A DNA stretch of 64,000 bases from Lepidodermella squamata (taxonomy: Eukaryota > Animalia > Gastrotricha): NCBI GenBank assembly GCA_047495785.1, contig JBLDXI010000028.1, forward strand, positions 620,001 to 684,000. Reading direction: 5' to 3'. Of the stretch, positions 1-12,149 are shown in pieces (positions within the stretch are counted from its first letter, which is position 1; each line of letters opens with the position of its first letter). The notes under the pieces are model-generated. The model ran no database searches, was not told where the DNA came from, and saw only the letters and a list, made by a program, of their open reading frames with translations. Position numbers and translations under genes: made by a program.

Positions 1-3000
1 AATGGAGCCGGGCGACAGCTCCTTATTTATTGGATCTTCTGAATCAGCAAACTTCATCGAATAAAATATTTCGGTTGATTCAGGTACAATAATTTGCTAA
101 TATATTCTACATTTGATTGAAATAAGACTTTATTAGACTTCGAATCTCTTGGGCCTTCTGGTCGGAAACCGAGATTCAGAAGATGATCCTTTCAATTTTG
201 AACCCATGGTATTGTCGAAGCTCCAATCTCAAATCGAAAGCGTCAGCCGATTGACAGATTTATGGCTTCGAATCTTCGGTAATCTCAACTTATCGATATT
301 CCAAGGGTTCAACACCGAATTCCAAGCTGTCGACTACGCTACCAATCAAGCTGAACTCGGAAATGTTACAGTAGTTGCCGTTCTAGCTTTTGACGTGAAC
401 AAGACCACCGGAGCCTTACTTCCTCACATGACTTACAAGATCCGGATGAACTCGACTAACATTCCGTCTGTTCGCCAATTTCGAGACTTTTTCTGGCACT
501 CGCCGAGTTACTTACGAGATTCGATTACTAAAGACTAGTAAGTAAATTAGTGCTTTAAACTGACATTTCTAATATTTATCGATGTCTCTAGTTCCTTATT
601 CGTTTTTATCCAAGACTTGATCGATCGGGCGATAATCGACGTGACTGTCGGTGAAAATGTGGTCGAACCTGGAACCTTCGCTACCAGCTTCCCGTTACCA
701 TGTCGAAACTCAGATAACTTTTTAGACGAGTATCGGTAAGGTCCTGAATCTTTCATTTTTTTTGCCTGAATCCAATTTCAACTAAAATAGGGACCTTTTG
801 CATCTTGACATGCCTCTACGGTTCGCTTTTGCTGCGGCCATTTTGGTGCAAAACGTTATGGACGAAAGAGAAAGTGGAGTTCGCTACCTGCTCATCGCGA
901 TGGGTGTTCAAACCGGAATTCAAAATCTGGCTTGGTTTTTAACGTCATTCTCAATCCAAACTGCAACTGCTACACTTACAACTTCACTCTTCTACCTCAG
1001 CGGCATATTTCCTGCTAGCAATCCACTCGCTATCTGGCTGATCCTCGAACTATTCGCTGTCGCTATTACTGTTTTCGCGCTATTTATAACTGCTTTGCTG
1101 CCAGAGAAGCGATTCGCGTCGTTGCAGTTTACGATTATTTATTTAATCGCGTTTATTCCTGCCGCCACTATTAACCTGTATGAGGCTAGTTCATACTTTC
1201 CATTCCCTGCTTTCGGGAAGCACGTGGCCAGTCTGATACCAACTACACCGTTCGGAATTGCCTTCAAACTTTTTCTTTATCGAGAAGTTGAAGGTGTAGG
1301 CGTTGATTGGGACAACTTCTTGGAATCTCCAATCTCTGGCGATTCTTACTCTTTACTTCATGTCGTGATTTATCTTGCGGTCGATACTGTGATATTCGCT
1401 CTTCTGGCTTGGTGCCTTAACGAAACAAATCCCGGCAAATTTTGCATCGCAAAACCTTGGTACTTTCCGATACTGAAGTCTTATTGGAAGGGTCAGCCTT
1501 GCGATTTCGATAGTCCGGTTCCTAGCTGGGCGTGCAAGCTCAGAATCTCTGGTGAAGCTCTGAATCATGTCGAAGATAACTCAGTCCCTGATCTCACCCT
1601 TGGAGTTGACATTCGCCATCTCTGCAAATCTGGAGAAATCAACGTGAAGAGCTTAACAATGAAGCTACTTGAATCTCAGGTTACCACAATCCTTGGGCCG
1701 AACGATGCTGGCAAAACTACGATTTTGCAAGTTCTGGTCGGTTTGCTGCCACCCTCTTCGGGATCGGTCCGCGTCTATGGAATGGAACTGATGGCTAATT
1801 TGGACTTCATCAGAGATTTCGTCGGCTTTTGCCCGCAACAAACAATCTTGTTCGAAGATTTGACCCCGGAGGAACATTTTGGCCTCTTCAGTGGATTGAA
1901 GCAGACTTCATCTGAGTTCGAGATCGAGAAGATGCTGCGAGAAATAGGTCTGTCAAGCGCTGCGCAGATCACAGTCAGCAAATTGGAGCCTCAGTTACAA
2001 CGAAAGTTATCCGTTGCCCTGGCTTTCATTGGCAAGTCGCGATTTGTGGTTTTAGACGATCCAACCTCTGGTCTGGATGCCTTGAACCAGCGATCTGTTT
2101 GGGATTTCATTGCGAAGCACAAGCCGGGCAGAACTGTTGTGATTTCAACTAACAAACCGAGCGAAGCTGATAATCTATCTGAAAGAATCGCCATCGTCTC
2201 GAATGGTCGCCTGAAAGCTCTGGGCACGTCATCTCAAATCAAAACTTCCTTCTGCGATGGCTATCATTTGGTTCTTACAAAAGGGCTGAGGTGTGGCCAG
2301 CCCTGGGGTTCCATAGTCCATTTCATCCGTGAAACTGTTCCCACGGCGATCGTCGAGTCTGAAGAGGAGACAATGCTGAAGCTAGTTCTTCCATATCCGG
2401 AATGCGATAAGTTTTCTAAGCTGTTCAAGCGACTTGAAGAATCATCTGAAAGCCTTGGAATTCTGACTCACGAATGTTATGATTCGTCCCTTGGCGAGGC
2501 CTTTCATCGCATAACTCGAGACTCCGCTGAAAAGCCCAGTAAAGAAGTTGAACATGGAAGCGAACATGTTACTGAGCCGGATTACAGCTACTGCAAGTTG
2601 TCGCAGTTCGAAAAGGATGGTGATGTTGAAGATCAAACAAGCTTCGTCCAGCAATTTTTGACGATATTTTCGACTCGGTTGACAGGATTCCGGCGTAACT
2701 ACTGGTCATTGACGTGGCAGGTTGCTGTTCCTGTTTTCATCATCTGGGCTGCTTTCTTACTAACCTTTGCAGTTTCTACCGAGGCTTACTTTGAACCTCT
2801 TGCCATGTCGCCAGTTCAGTTTTTTGGTATTATGGAAGGCAGAAGTCTTCATACTCCGATATCTCATCACGATTCCGACAGTGATATCCAACGAGCAATG
2901 CGATCGCTTGAGATATTTGGCCTTGGCACATCTTGCCACCCGGTGAAAGATCCGAACCGATGCGGCTATGGTGAAATGAAATCTGAAGCGATGATTTTAT

Positions 3001-5544
3001 CGAATCTGTCCGATTTACTCTACCCATCGTGTAGTTGCTCGAGTGACAACTCTGGACTAACTTGTCAGAGTGACTACAACCGAGCTGCTAGAAAGCGGTT
3101 GGCAACTGGTGAGTTCCTGGTAGACATCGGCTGGCAGAGCATGTCCGAATACCTGTTGAACACTGCCGGAGAATTTGTCGACAATCGTTATGGAGCGATA
3201 GATTTCGGTTTGGAGCTCAGCCATGTCCCAAATTATTCTTTGAGGCTAGCTGCAAGACGCATTGTCAACTATTACTACGAACCGCGCGGCTATCATTCGA
3301 TGCCAGCCTATTTGAATGTAGTGAATAATGCGATTTTGCGCGCCAATGTTCAAAGGCATGCGCATTTGGGCGATCCTGGTATGTATGGCATAACAACGTT
3401 GAACCAGCCTATTGACGGTACAGACAGCTCAACAATTGGTGACTACGTGTAAGTTTAAAAGCGTAGATCGTAGGCAGATTTTAACTTTCGTAAAAATAGG
3501 CGATGCGTCAGAGATATGCTGATCAGTATGATGGTCCTAACGGCGATGGTTTTGGTCTCCTCGGGCTTTGCGATTGATCTTATTAACGAAAAGATCACTC
3601 TTGCCAAGCACATCAAAGTGAGCCATATAGATGAGCTTAAATTTTAGAGGTTCTAAATTTCCTCAGGTCATGGCTGGGCTGAATTCAACTACCTATTGGC
3701 TGGCGTCTTTCGCGGCAGATTTTCTCATCTTCGCTATACCTGCAACATTGGGAATGGTTGGAGCATCCATCAATTTCCTTAAAACTTTAGTATCAAAATT
3801 TCTCGTTGTCTAGATGGCTTTTGCAGCTTTTGGGAACAGTGTTTATCTACCTTTCGTTGTGTTGCTGTTCCTCCTCTTCGGATGGTCTTCAATTCCAATG
3901 GTCTACGTCCTGAATTGGAAGTTTGCCGATCCCAACAAGGTTAAAACTCCTGATTTGTTTTCCAAATTTGACTTTACTGTTTCACAGGCTTATGTATTCA
4001 CCGTGACATGGAATTTCCTCACTGGCGTTATCGGAATTTTAGTGACATTTCTATTGGATCACCACGGCGCCCCAGAAGTTTCCGAGCATCTCAAGGCGCT
4101 TTTCTTGCTTTTCCCGTCCTACAGCTTGGGCCAGGGTATAATGGACATTTCCGCAGATCATTTCGAAAGATGCTTGTACTCGTCGTCTGAAGGTAATCAT
4201 TATTTTCACAACATTTTTGCATCATGCGGTTATGAAGCAGGTCTGGAACTTGTCCCAACTGCGCTTTGGGAAACTATCGGTCGTAATATGGTAGTTATGT
4301 TCGCCGAGGGTCTTCTCTTCATCGCTTTAACCATGGTCCTCGAGCTTCATTCATTAAGCACGAAATTCAACGAGCCGGAGAATTTCTCAGAATCCTCAAC
4401 TTGTGACGATATCGATGACGCCGAAGTCGAGGCTGAGCGTAAACGGGTTGCTTTATGCGACACCTTTGAAGAGTTGCTTGTAATCGATGGCTTGACTAAA
4501 GACTTCAAAAACTGTCGAGCTGTCAACAATGTCACGTTAGCTCTGCAGTCTGGGCAAGTATTCGGCCTCCTTGGTTTGACTGGATCCGGGAAATCGACTT
4601 TACTGTCTGTTCTCGCTGGAATGAGTGAACCGACAAAGGGAGAAATTCGAGTTACAGGGCGACGCATTGAAGCGATTTCTGGTTCCTCAATCGACCAGAT
4701 TTTCCATCGAATCGGATTCTGCCCGCAGGCCAATCCTCTATCTAGTGAGCTCACTGTTTTCGAGCATCTCAACTCTTTAGCAGAAATCCGCGGCCTATCT
4801 TCTCAAAAGGAAACAATCGAGCGGCTGCTTGTCAGAACTGGTTTAGAAGACTGCGCAGATGTTGTTTGCGCTGATTTGCGAGATGATCTTAAGAGAAAAT
4901 TATCGATCGCCCTAGCTCTTCTTGGAGACCCTGAAATCGTCATTCTAGACGACCCAACTTACGGCATGGATCCTAACTCGCGGAAGATGATCTTGAACTT
5001 GATCGTGGAGCTTCGAAATGAGGGTCGATTGGTGATTCTCGCGACTCGAAGCATGGAAGAATGCGAGGCGGTCTGCGATCGGGTTGGAATCATGGTTGCT
5101 GGCAAGTTACGGTGCCTAGGCTCGATCCCACAGTCCAAGTCGCGTTTTGGCCCTGGCTACACTGTAACCATCCGTTTCCCGTCGTTCAGCAATTCCAAAG
5201 ATTGCGTAGCAGCGGATGATATGAAGAAAGAATTCAGTCGAGCTGGTGTTGATGCTTCTGTCGGACGGTCCTTTGCGACAAGACATGGAGAATGTGTAGT
5301 GCTGGACCTTCTCGAGGCGAGGCCTAGATTCAGCCAGCTTTTCAAACTACTGAGCAACTTGGTCAACTCTGGCAAGGTTGAAACGTACAGTATTTCACAG
5401 AATGGCCTTGAGGCGGTGAGGAAAGGATTGAATCTATGCTTATTTCTTCTATTCATGATCATTTTTCAGATGAATCTCCATTTAGCAGTCACATCTTTGC
5501 CGAGCAGTCAAGACTCGACATGCTCTCAAGTGATTGAACACTGA
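1..5544 (+). CDS. ABCA-subfamily full transporter (5' part outside window; multi-exon), both NBDs degenerate
   Basis: TMD1-NBD1-ECD2-TMD2-NBD2 layout over ORFs 149-538, 798-3452 and 3814-5544. ABCA-type segments (ERESG, PWYFP, GFCPQ, GYHSMPAYLN), Walker A GPNDAGKTT and GLTGSGKST, short GT-AG introns. Confidence 0.92.
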
Positions 5545-6099
5545 AACTCTTGGGAAATTCAGATTTGACAGTAATTTACCAGTGAAAATGATGTATTTTA
5601 ACGCGGAAATGATGCTTATTTAATTATAATCTGAGTTGTGTTGCTGTATTATTGCTGCCGTAACTTATTACCCCGGATATTGAGAAGTAAAGTTCATTAT
5701 AATAATTCTCAGGTACCAAGTACCAAGTTTCAAACGTTTCTTTCAGTCCTACACTGTTCCAGACGATAGACAATTTTAGACGAGGTTTCATGGTTTATTT
5801 GACTGTGTTTTGAACAGCTTTCGACTAAACCAGCAATTATTTTCGGATTTGTTGCATAGAAAATATCCATATCGCTGGAAATTTCCGTTTAGTTGGCGAA
5901 AGCGCCAATTTGATAGTGAAAGTCCAAAAATTGACAGTGGAAACTACATAATTGATGGTACAAAGCATTTTCCCATGCGAAATTCATTCCATCAAAATTG
6001 TTAAATAAAAAATCCGCCTTAAAAGTTTGCGATTGTTAATTGCTCACGCGAATTATAGTCGGATCGTGTATACCCTGAAATGTTGTCACTACTTTCGAC

Positions 6100-6878
6100 A
6101 TGCGTATAATTCACTACGCCGCTATGATTACGGCGTTCGTAGCAGTGTCGCTAATCGTCGCATTCGACAGCGATTCGATTTCCGATCAAGTGAATGCAAG
6201 GGCAAAAACAGGCTCTGGCAAAGATAAGGGAACCAGTAAGGATAAGAAAGGGTAAGTTTTTCCTATTAAGGCTTAGATTAGATTTTTCACTAGATTTTTC
6301 ACAGTGGGAAGACTACGAAGAAGGCAACAGCGGCGACACCAAAGCCAGTAACGGCGACACCAAAGCCGGCATCAAAGGGTACTGCTGCTGCTACTCCCCA
6401 ATCAGCCACAGCGCAACCATACTACACTCCGCCGCCACCGTCTAATTACCTAACACCGGGACATCCAAACAATCCATCGGGAACCAACACTGGCAATAAC
6501 AAGTTGAGTGATTTGCTGAAAAAAGCGAACCCGGGATCGTTTTTCAAGGGCCTGGGCCTTGATAAAATGGGCGCTTGGTTTCGCGATGCTTGGAACAATT
6601 TAGGTTCGCCCATCTTTAATGTACACCATATTGATTTCATCAGCATTTGAATGTGCTATTATTTCGAAATAGGCTGGATGCGTTGGATGTTTGCAGGCAT
6701 TAGCGGGCTGATTTCGCTGGCTGGCACTGCTTTTACTGTCTACTATTGTTTCTGGGGCCGAACGGCTGCCCCGCAATACCCGCAGTACCCGCAGTTCCCG
6801 AATCCGTACCCGTATCCATCGCCTTACTATCCGCCGCCAATGCCGCAGCCCGCCTACCGTTCTAAAAGGCGGAAATAA
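6100..6878 (+). CDS. Orphan type-I membrane protein, 3 exons (6100-6251, 6305-6603, 6673-6878)
   Basis: Two GT-AG introns splice in frame. Product: signal peptide MRIIHYAAMITAFVAVSLIVA, K/T/P-rich ectodomain, TM helix (WMFAGISGLISLAGTAFTVYYCFW), Pro/Tyr-rich tail ending RSKRRK. Confidence 0.75.
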
Positions 6879-7044
6879 TTCGAATGAAAAAACTGCCATC
6901 TTTTCAAAACATTACACATATTGATTTGTCCAATTATTGGAAAATTATATATATATAACTGCAAACTATTTTGTTTTAATGGGAAATGAAAGCGTGATCA
7001 AATCGAAATTGAATTAAAATGAAACTGGGTCCTGATATTTGCAA

Positions 7045-7430
7045 GACTAAAAATGAGGCTCCAACACTAAATTTAAGCGTCCTGGCACTGAATTTTTCTT
7101 TGAGATTTCAGCCTTTTCATTTGTTGATGAATACCAAGGCCCTTCTTGAACCTATGATTTTTTTCAAGTTTCCTGGCGCCATAAGCTACGTTGAAGAATT
7201 ATCGATGTTGGATTCCACTACGGCTGATATTGCAAAAAATCACTGATTTGTAAAATCGATACTTGGAATCGATATCGGCTCTTCAGGCTGAAGTACGAAT
7301 AACTCGTAAGATGACTGCTAATAGCGCTATAAATTCGCTTAATATAAAGATCTATTGGTTAGACATGATAACAACAAAATTGAGGTCCCAGAGAAAGCAT
7401 AGTGCTGGAGCCTCAAATTTAGTGCTGTAA
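7045..7430. repeat. Dispersed repeat/degenerate MITE; related copy in opposite orientation near 47290-47420
   Basis: Imperfect terminal inverted repeat (actaaaaatgaggctccaacacta / tagtgctggagcctcaaatttagt). The reverse complement of ~7225-7275 aligns with ~47370-47420. Confidence 0.55.
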
Positions 7431-7847
7431 CCCTAAATTTAGGGTGCACCCAAATCATCTTTGAAAGCTCATCACAATAAGCATAATTGTACGCAATCGA
7501 ATTTCGAATATTTCATTGGTAAATATCAATGCTGCCCATGATTTTCAATAAAATAAAAATAAATTGCGTTAAAATTATCTACCATTCTACCCTCTCCTCA
7601 TACCATGTACCTACTAAGAGCCCAGGATTTCTCACAAAACTTTCGGGAAATATTGACACTTGTATACTCATGTCGAGTGTTTTACAGATGTAAAACATGA
7701 AGTAAACATGCCCATTGGTTGTACGACTTTTCAGCAATGAGGATCAACTCATCATCAGCGAAAAATAGCAGTGACATTTGAGCTGCGACATTTGGGCAGT
7801 GACAAATAAATCATCACCGTCAAGTCAGCGTCATTTTTTTTATTTAT

Positions 7848-7946
7848 CGTCGCGTTGCGTTTGAAAGGAGCCACTCAATCAGTATTATTCATAAGAAATC
7901 CATCACGAAATTAAACATAGCGGCTCCTTTCAAACGCAATGCGACG
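7848..7946. mobile_element. 99-bp MITE with 25-bp TIRs and TTAT target-site duplication
   Basis: cgtcgcgttgcgtttgaaaggagcc versus ggctcctttcaaacgcaatgcgacg (1 mismatch); TTAT at 7844-7847 and 7947-7950. Confidence 0.75.
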
Positions 7947-8165
7947 TTATCCTAAATTTTTTTTAAATCTCATTTTTACCTCAGTGACATTTGCGCAGTG
8001 ACATTTCTGCCGTATTGAGCGCTCCATGCGCCTACATGTGCTACATTAATGCTTTAATTGCTTTTCACTTTTCGCGTGCCGAAGCAACTTGATTTTTTTT
8101 GCTTTTTGCACAAATTCTTCACGCTACTCAGAAAAATAACATAGTGGCATCGTGCCAGCATACTA

Positions 8166-8834
8166 ATGCCTCTAACAAAAGGTGACCTCGAACAAATTTC
8201 GAACATCGTCAATACGGCTGTACAAAAGCTCACCGATATAATAACTAGTCTTCGCAACGAACTCGATACTGTCAAAACTGAGTGTAACGAACTCACCAAT
8301 AAAGTCGACGAACTTACAATTAAACTCAACGCCTGTGAGGAAAACAATCTGAAAAATGTTATCATGGTAACTCTTCCTGGCAAGGAGAAGAACGACGAAG
8401 AACTTGATGAAGTCATCAAAGCAGCGGTTCCGGCTCTTGAAGATGCTGATCTCCGCTGTGTTCGGTTTGGTACGAGAACCGATCAAACAAAGAAGGACGC
8501 TAAAGGACGCCCTGTGAAAGTGACCATCCTAGGCCCACATGGACCTGAACTGGCCTTGTCTGTGACCCAGGACTGGAAGAAAACTAAACCGGAAAATGGC
8601 CCGGTCGTGAAACCTTTCAAGACGAAATTAAGATCGGCCTTGAACAAGATGCTCTATCTTAAACTGACCGAGATGAAAACGGCTAATCCCAAGTTGGTTT
8701 ATGGCTGGTCTAATGATGGATTCGAGTTGGTTACATCCGACGGCAACTGGACTTTCTCCTTCAAGGAGTCAAAGCTGGTGGAAATCGATGATGGCAAGCT
8801 CCCGAAAACCAAAGGAAAAGGCGGCCGCGGCTAG
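8166..8834 (+). CDS. LINE ORF1 protein (N-terminal coiled coil, RRM-like region), 222 aa
   Basis: Heptad-rich N-terminus, 'RFG...GRPVKV' segment typical of LINE ORF1, position upstream of the ORF2 remnant. Confidence 0.8.
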   Translation: MPLTKGDLEQISNIVNTAVQKLTDIITSLRNELDTVKTECNELTNKVDELTIKLNACEENNLKNVIMVTLPGKEKNDEELDEVIKAAVPALEDADLRCVRFGTRTDQTKKDAKGRPVKVTILGPHGPELALSVTQDWKKTKPENGPVVKPFKTKLRSALNKMLYLKLTEMKTANPKLVYGWSNDGFELVTSDGNWTFSFKESKLVEIDDGKLPKTKGKGGRG

Positions 8835-9743
8835 GGCCTTTCGGCAAGTTCTGTAAATAAAAAACTTCGTAATATTATCTCAAAATATCTACATTGCTTC
8901 TATGCTAACGCTCGTAGTGTCAAGAATAAAACTCATCTGCTTAGACGTGTTCTTGAAAAATCACTCTATGACATAATTGTTATTTGTGATTACGATTGGA
9001 CTTCCTGCTGGCAGCTTCAACTCTCTGTTTCGAAATGTGCATGCTTACATCTTGGTAAAAATAATCCGAAAACTGAATATAAAATTGGCGATCACTCTCT
9101 TGGTAAAGTAAATTCCATCAGGGACCTAGGGGTCCTGATTGACGATCGTCTCTCTTTTTGTGATCATATTGACTCTATAGTAAAGAAATCGATGCAACGT
9201 ATCAACCTTATCTTTCGTGCCTTCAAATCTCGCGATAAAGCTACGCTAGTTCGCGCCTACTGTGTATACGTGCGACCTCTTCTTGATTATGCGTCCCCGA
9301 TCTGGTCTCCATTCACGAAAACGTTAATTGATAAAATCGAAAAAGTTCAATCTTACTTCACTCGTCGCCTATTCTGTAGAAAAATATCTGATCCACGACC
9401 CTCATACTCTTTACGACTACAACAGCTCCATATTCCATCTCTTGAACTGCGACGCTTGAGAGCTGACCTGGTCTTACTGTTCAAAATTATAAAAAATGAA
9501 GTTCGCTGTAATCTTTCTGACAAGCTAAAATTTAATTCTAACGTCACTCGTTCTAATCATTCCTTCAAACTAGTTATACAAACTTGTAGAACTGATCAAT
9601 ATCGCTTCTCATTTGTAAACCGACTAGCTCCGATCTGGAATAAACTGTCAAACGATATAGTATCTTCTAATAATTCTGTTATTTTCAAACATAAGCTTAT
9701 GAATTATGATCTTTCTAGTCATCTTCGCAGCTCAATACTGTAA
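8835..9743 (+). pseudogene. Mini-ORF2: APE N-terminus fused in frame to RT C-terminus; no catalytic RT core
   Basis: Open frame from just after the ORF1 TAG to 9743. Deletion junction near 8989 (TGT GAT TAC GAT TGG). No YADD motif. Confidence 0.85.
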
Positions 9744-10542
9744 ACATTATCCACTTTGCACGCTATGAAAATATGTTATAATGTAGGTACATGTAAGTGG
9801 CAGAACTTGCCCTTTGTATTCTAATCCATTTTCCTCAATGATTGTTAACCTTAAATTCTGTAATTATTTTTGATTGAATTTGGAAAATAAAATACAATAC
9901 AATACAATACAATTAAAGTTGTTGAGCTCAAAAAGTCAAAGTTCAATGCCCGAGATTAATAATTGAATTCGATGAAGTGTCACTTGCTCATTTTTCGCTG
10001 CTGAAATGTCACTGCTCACTTGCCTCCAAGGATTTTAAAAATTAATACAAAAAAGTGTATTATTATGAATTTTCTACCGACGAGAAGTCACTGCTGATTT
10101 CACCGTAATGTGCTGCAATGTCACTACTGAAATGTCTGACCACGATATTCAATCGATATCACACTTTTTATTATCATTTCTTCGCCTGAATTTTCATATC
10201 AATCAGCAAATTTAAACAAAAAATGGAAAATCCCGAAAAATGGAGAGAAACGCCACAAAGCGGTAATAAAATGCCTTTCTACGTTATTAGGGCTAGGAAT
10301 GAGTGAGTAATAAAAACATCGTACAATCTAGTAGGTCGCCATTCGTTCATAAAAAAACCAAGCACGTGTCGCAATGACATACACACAACTCTGCCTTATG
10401 TCTTGATTAGAGCTAGCACATTACCCACGAGGTGTTCATCGTTCCCAGCACTCGAATTTTTCATTTAATTTGTCATTTTTTAATTAAAATTTAGAAATAT
10501 TTGTGGCTTATACTCTGTGTTTACTGATTGGGGGATAATAAA

Positions 10543-10966
10543 ATGGCGTCCGGTGGCCATTACCAGCACGCCGCTTCGAAAAACTTTGCCGGCCATTTTA
10601 ATAGTCAACAGCAGCGAACAGTTCGCCACGGCCGTCAGAATTACGACGGCGGTAATTTTTACTACAATCATGCTCCACCACCAGCCGCTGCTGAGAATTG
10701 GCGACAAAGCAGTTCTTACAGCCACAACCAGCAGCACAATTACGTCGATTTTCAACCGGCGCTAAATAATGTCAACCGGCCGCCGCGTTACAACCATCAA
10801 CATCCGAGGAATAACCAGCCGGATTTTCAGGCTGAGTATTGTTCGCGGAAATTGGACCTTTGCAAGGAAGCGACTTGCCTCAGGCGCCATCCTGAATCTG
10901 AATTCGAGCTGACTTTTCGAAGCAATCGAATGCTGTCGCAAAGCATGAAGTACAACATCAGAAAAT
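10543..10966 (+). CDS. Coding exon, N/Q/H-rich with CCCH-like motif; possibly first exon of the downstream helicase
   Basis: ATG in AAAATGG context, open frame, CSRKLDLCKEATCLRRH motif, strong GTGAGT donor at 10967. Link to the helicase not demonstrated. Confidence 0.5.
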
Positions 10967-12149
10967 GTGAGTCGATTTTGCATAGGGAAATACATCGACC
11001 TTGTTTACTTTAAATTTAATCAAATTGTTTAAATAGTAGCAATTTATTTCAATTTCCAAACTATTTCAATTTTTTCCTAATTTTTCACTCCTAAAAATAA
11101 TAATGATGTCCCATACGTAACACGCAAGCAAGGAAAATACGCGGAAAAGGCTTCAGAAACTTTATGAAGTCGTTTGGAAAAATTAAAAAAAAATCGCGAA
11201 AATAATAGTAATCAAGTAGTAAAAGTCACTTGTTAATTGGACTGACAAAATTCCGGAGAAATTCGGTCTAACCGGGTAAAATACCGAAAATACCGAACCA
11301 GTTACCATCGGGATTTTCCGAGTTTTCATTTCTTCGGTTAAATCACGGCTACGATGGAATATTCTCTCTAGGTATAATTTAAACAATTAGTTAAATTTCC
11401 TACGAAAATAATCATGTTAAAAAATAGCTGTGCAACTTTGGGACACAAAGCCTGAAATGAGGGCTCTATCATCACTAAATTTTTGAGAGAAGGTACAGTT
11501 AACTGTTGCCAACTTTCCTTTCACTTTTCAGCCTACCTATCATTGCTTTTGCTGGGGAAATGGGAAAAATTTGCAGATAAATCGCCAGCTAAATTTGGTT
11601 ATCTTCAACTCTATTCAGATGGGAAAGCAACGATCTTCCTGTATAGTAAATAAATTCACACTAAAACGTGGAAAAGTGTGCACGCAACCTTTATTTTTAT
11701 TCACTCATCGCCCTATCCGCTCATTGTAATTTTTTCGATCATTTTCTGAAATTGCAGAGAAAACCTATCATCCCCCACAAATTCCTAAGAACGGAATACT
11801 AGAATACTATTGAATACTATTGGATGAGACTATTTTTTCCTATTTCTTTTAATTGTCTCAAAGTTGGTTACTTTCACGAAATATCGCCATTTTACGAGTC
11901 TTTAAGGGCGGTAAACTGTTTCAAACTATTTTGGACAAGCAATGCCTTCGGAAAGATCGATTCACAGTCTATTAGGGCGGTAAACTTCTTACTTGGCGTA
12001 TAAAACTTGAGCAAGACAGATTTTTTGAATATCAAGAGAGGCTTGGCGTCCTATTTTTTAAACTCGTCCTAAGATTGCGGATAAGACTGAACAATAGTAT
12101 AGGGTTGAGAAGTCGAGAAGTGTCAATGTGAGAATTAAGGAAAATAACT

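Larger units (their letters stand above)
8060..9910 (+). mobile_element. CR1-group non-LTR retrotransposon, internally deleted (non-autonomous)
   Basis: 5'UTR, ORF1, APE N-terminus (FYANARSVKNK...YDIIVIC) fused to the RT C-terminal region (DLGVLIDDRLSF..HI, VRPLLDYASPIWSP, IEKVQ), (AATAC)n tail. AATT on both sides (8056-8059, 9911-9914). Confidence 0.9.
7716..10143. mobile_element. Degenerate foldback/TIR element hosting a MITE and a LINE derivative
   Basis: Repeated CAGTGACATTT motifs at ~7770-8010 and inverted AAATGTCACTG motifs at ~9975-10135; the ends align loosely as inverted repeats. Confidence 0.5.

Noticed and set aside
7722-7760. Hammerhead-like CUGAUGA-stem-GAAA on the minus strand
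   Set aside because: Five extra bases separate stem II from GAAA, and no convincing stems I/III or cleavage triplet were found.
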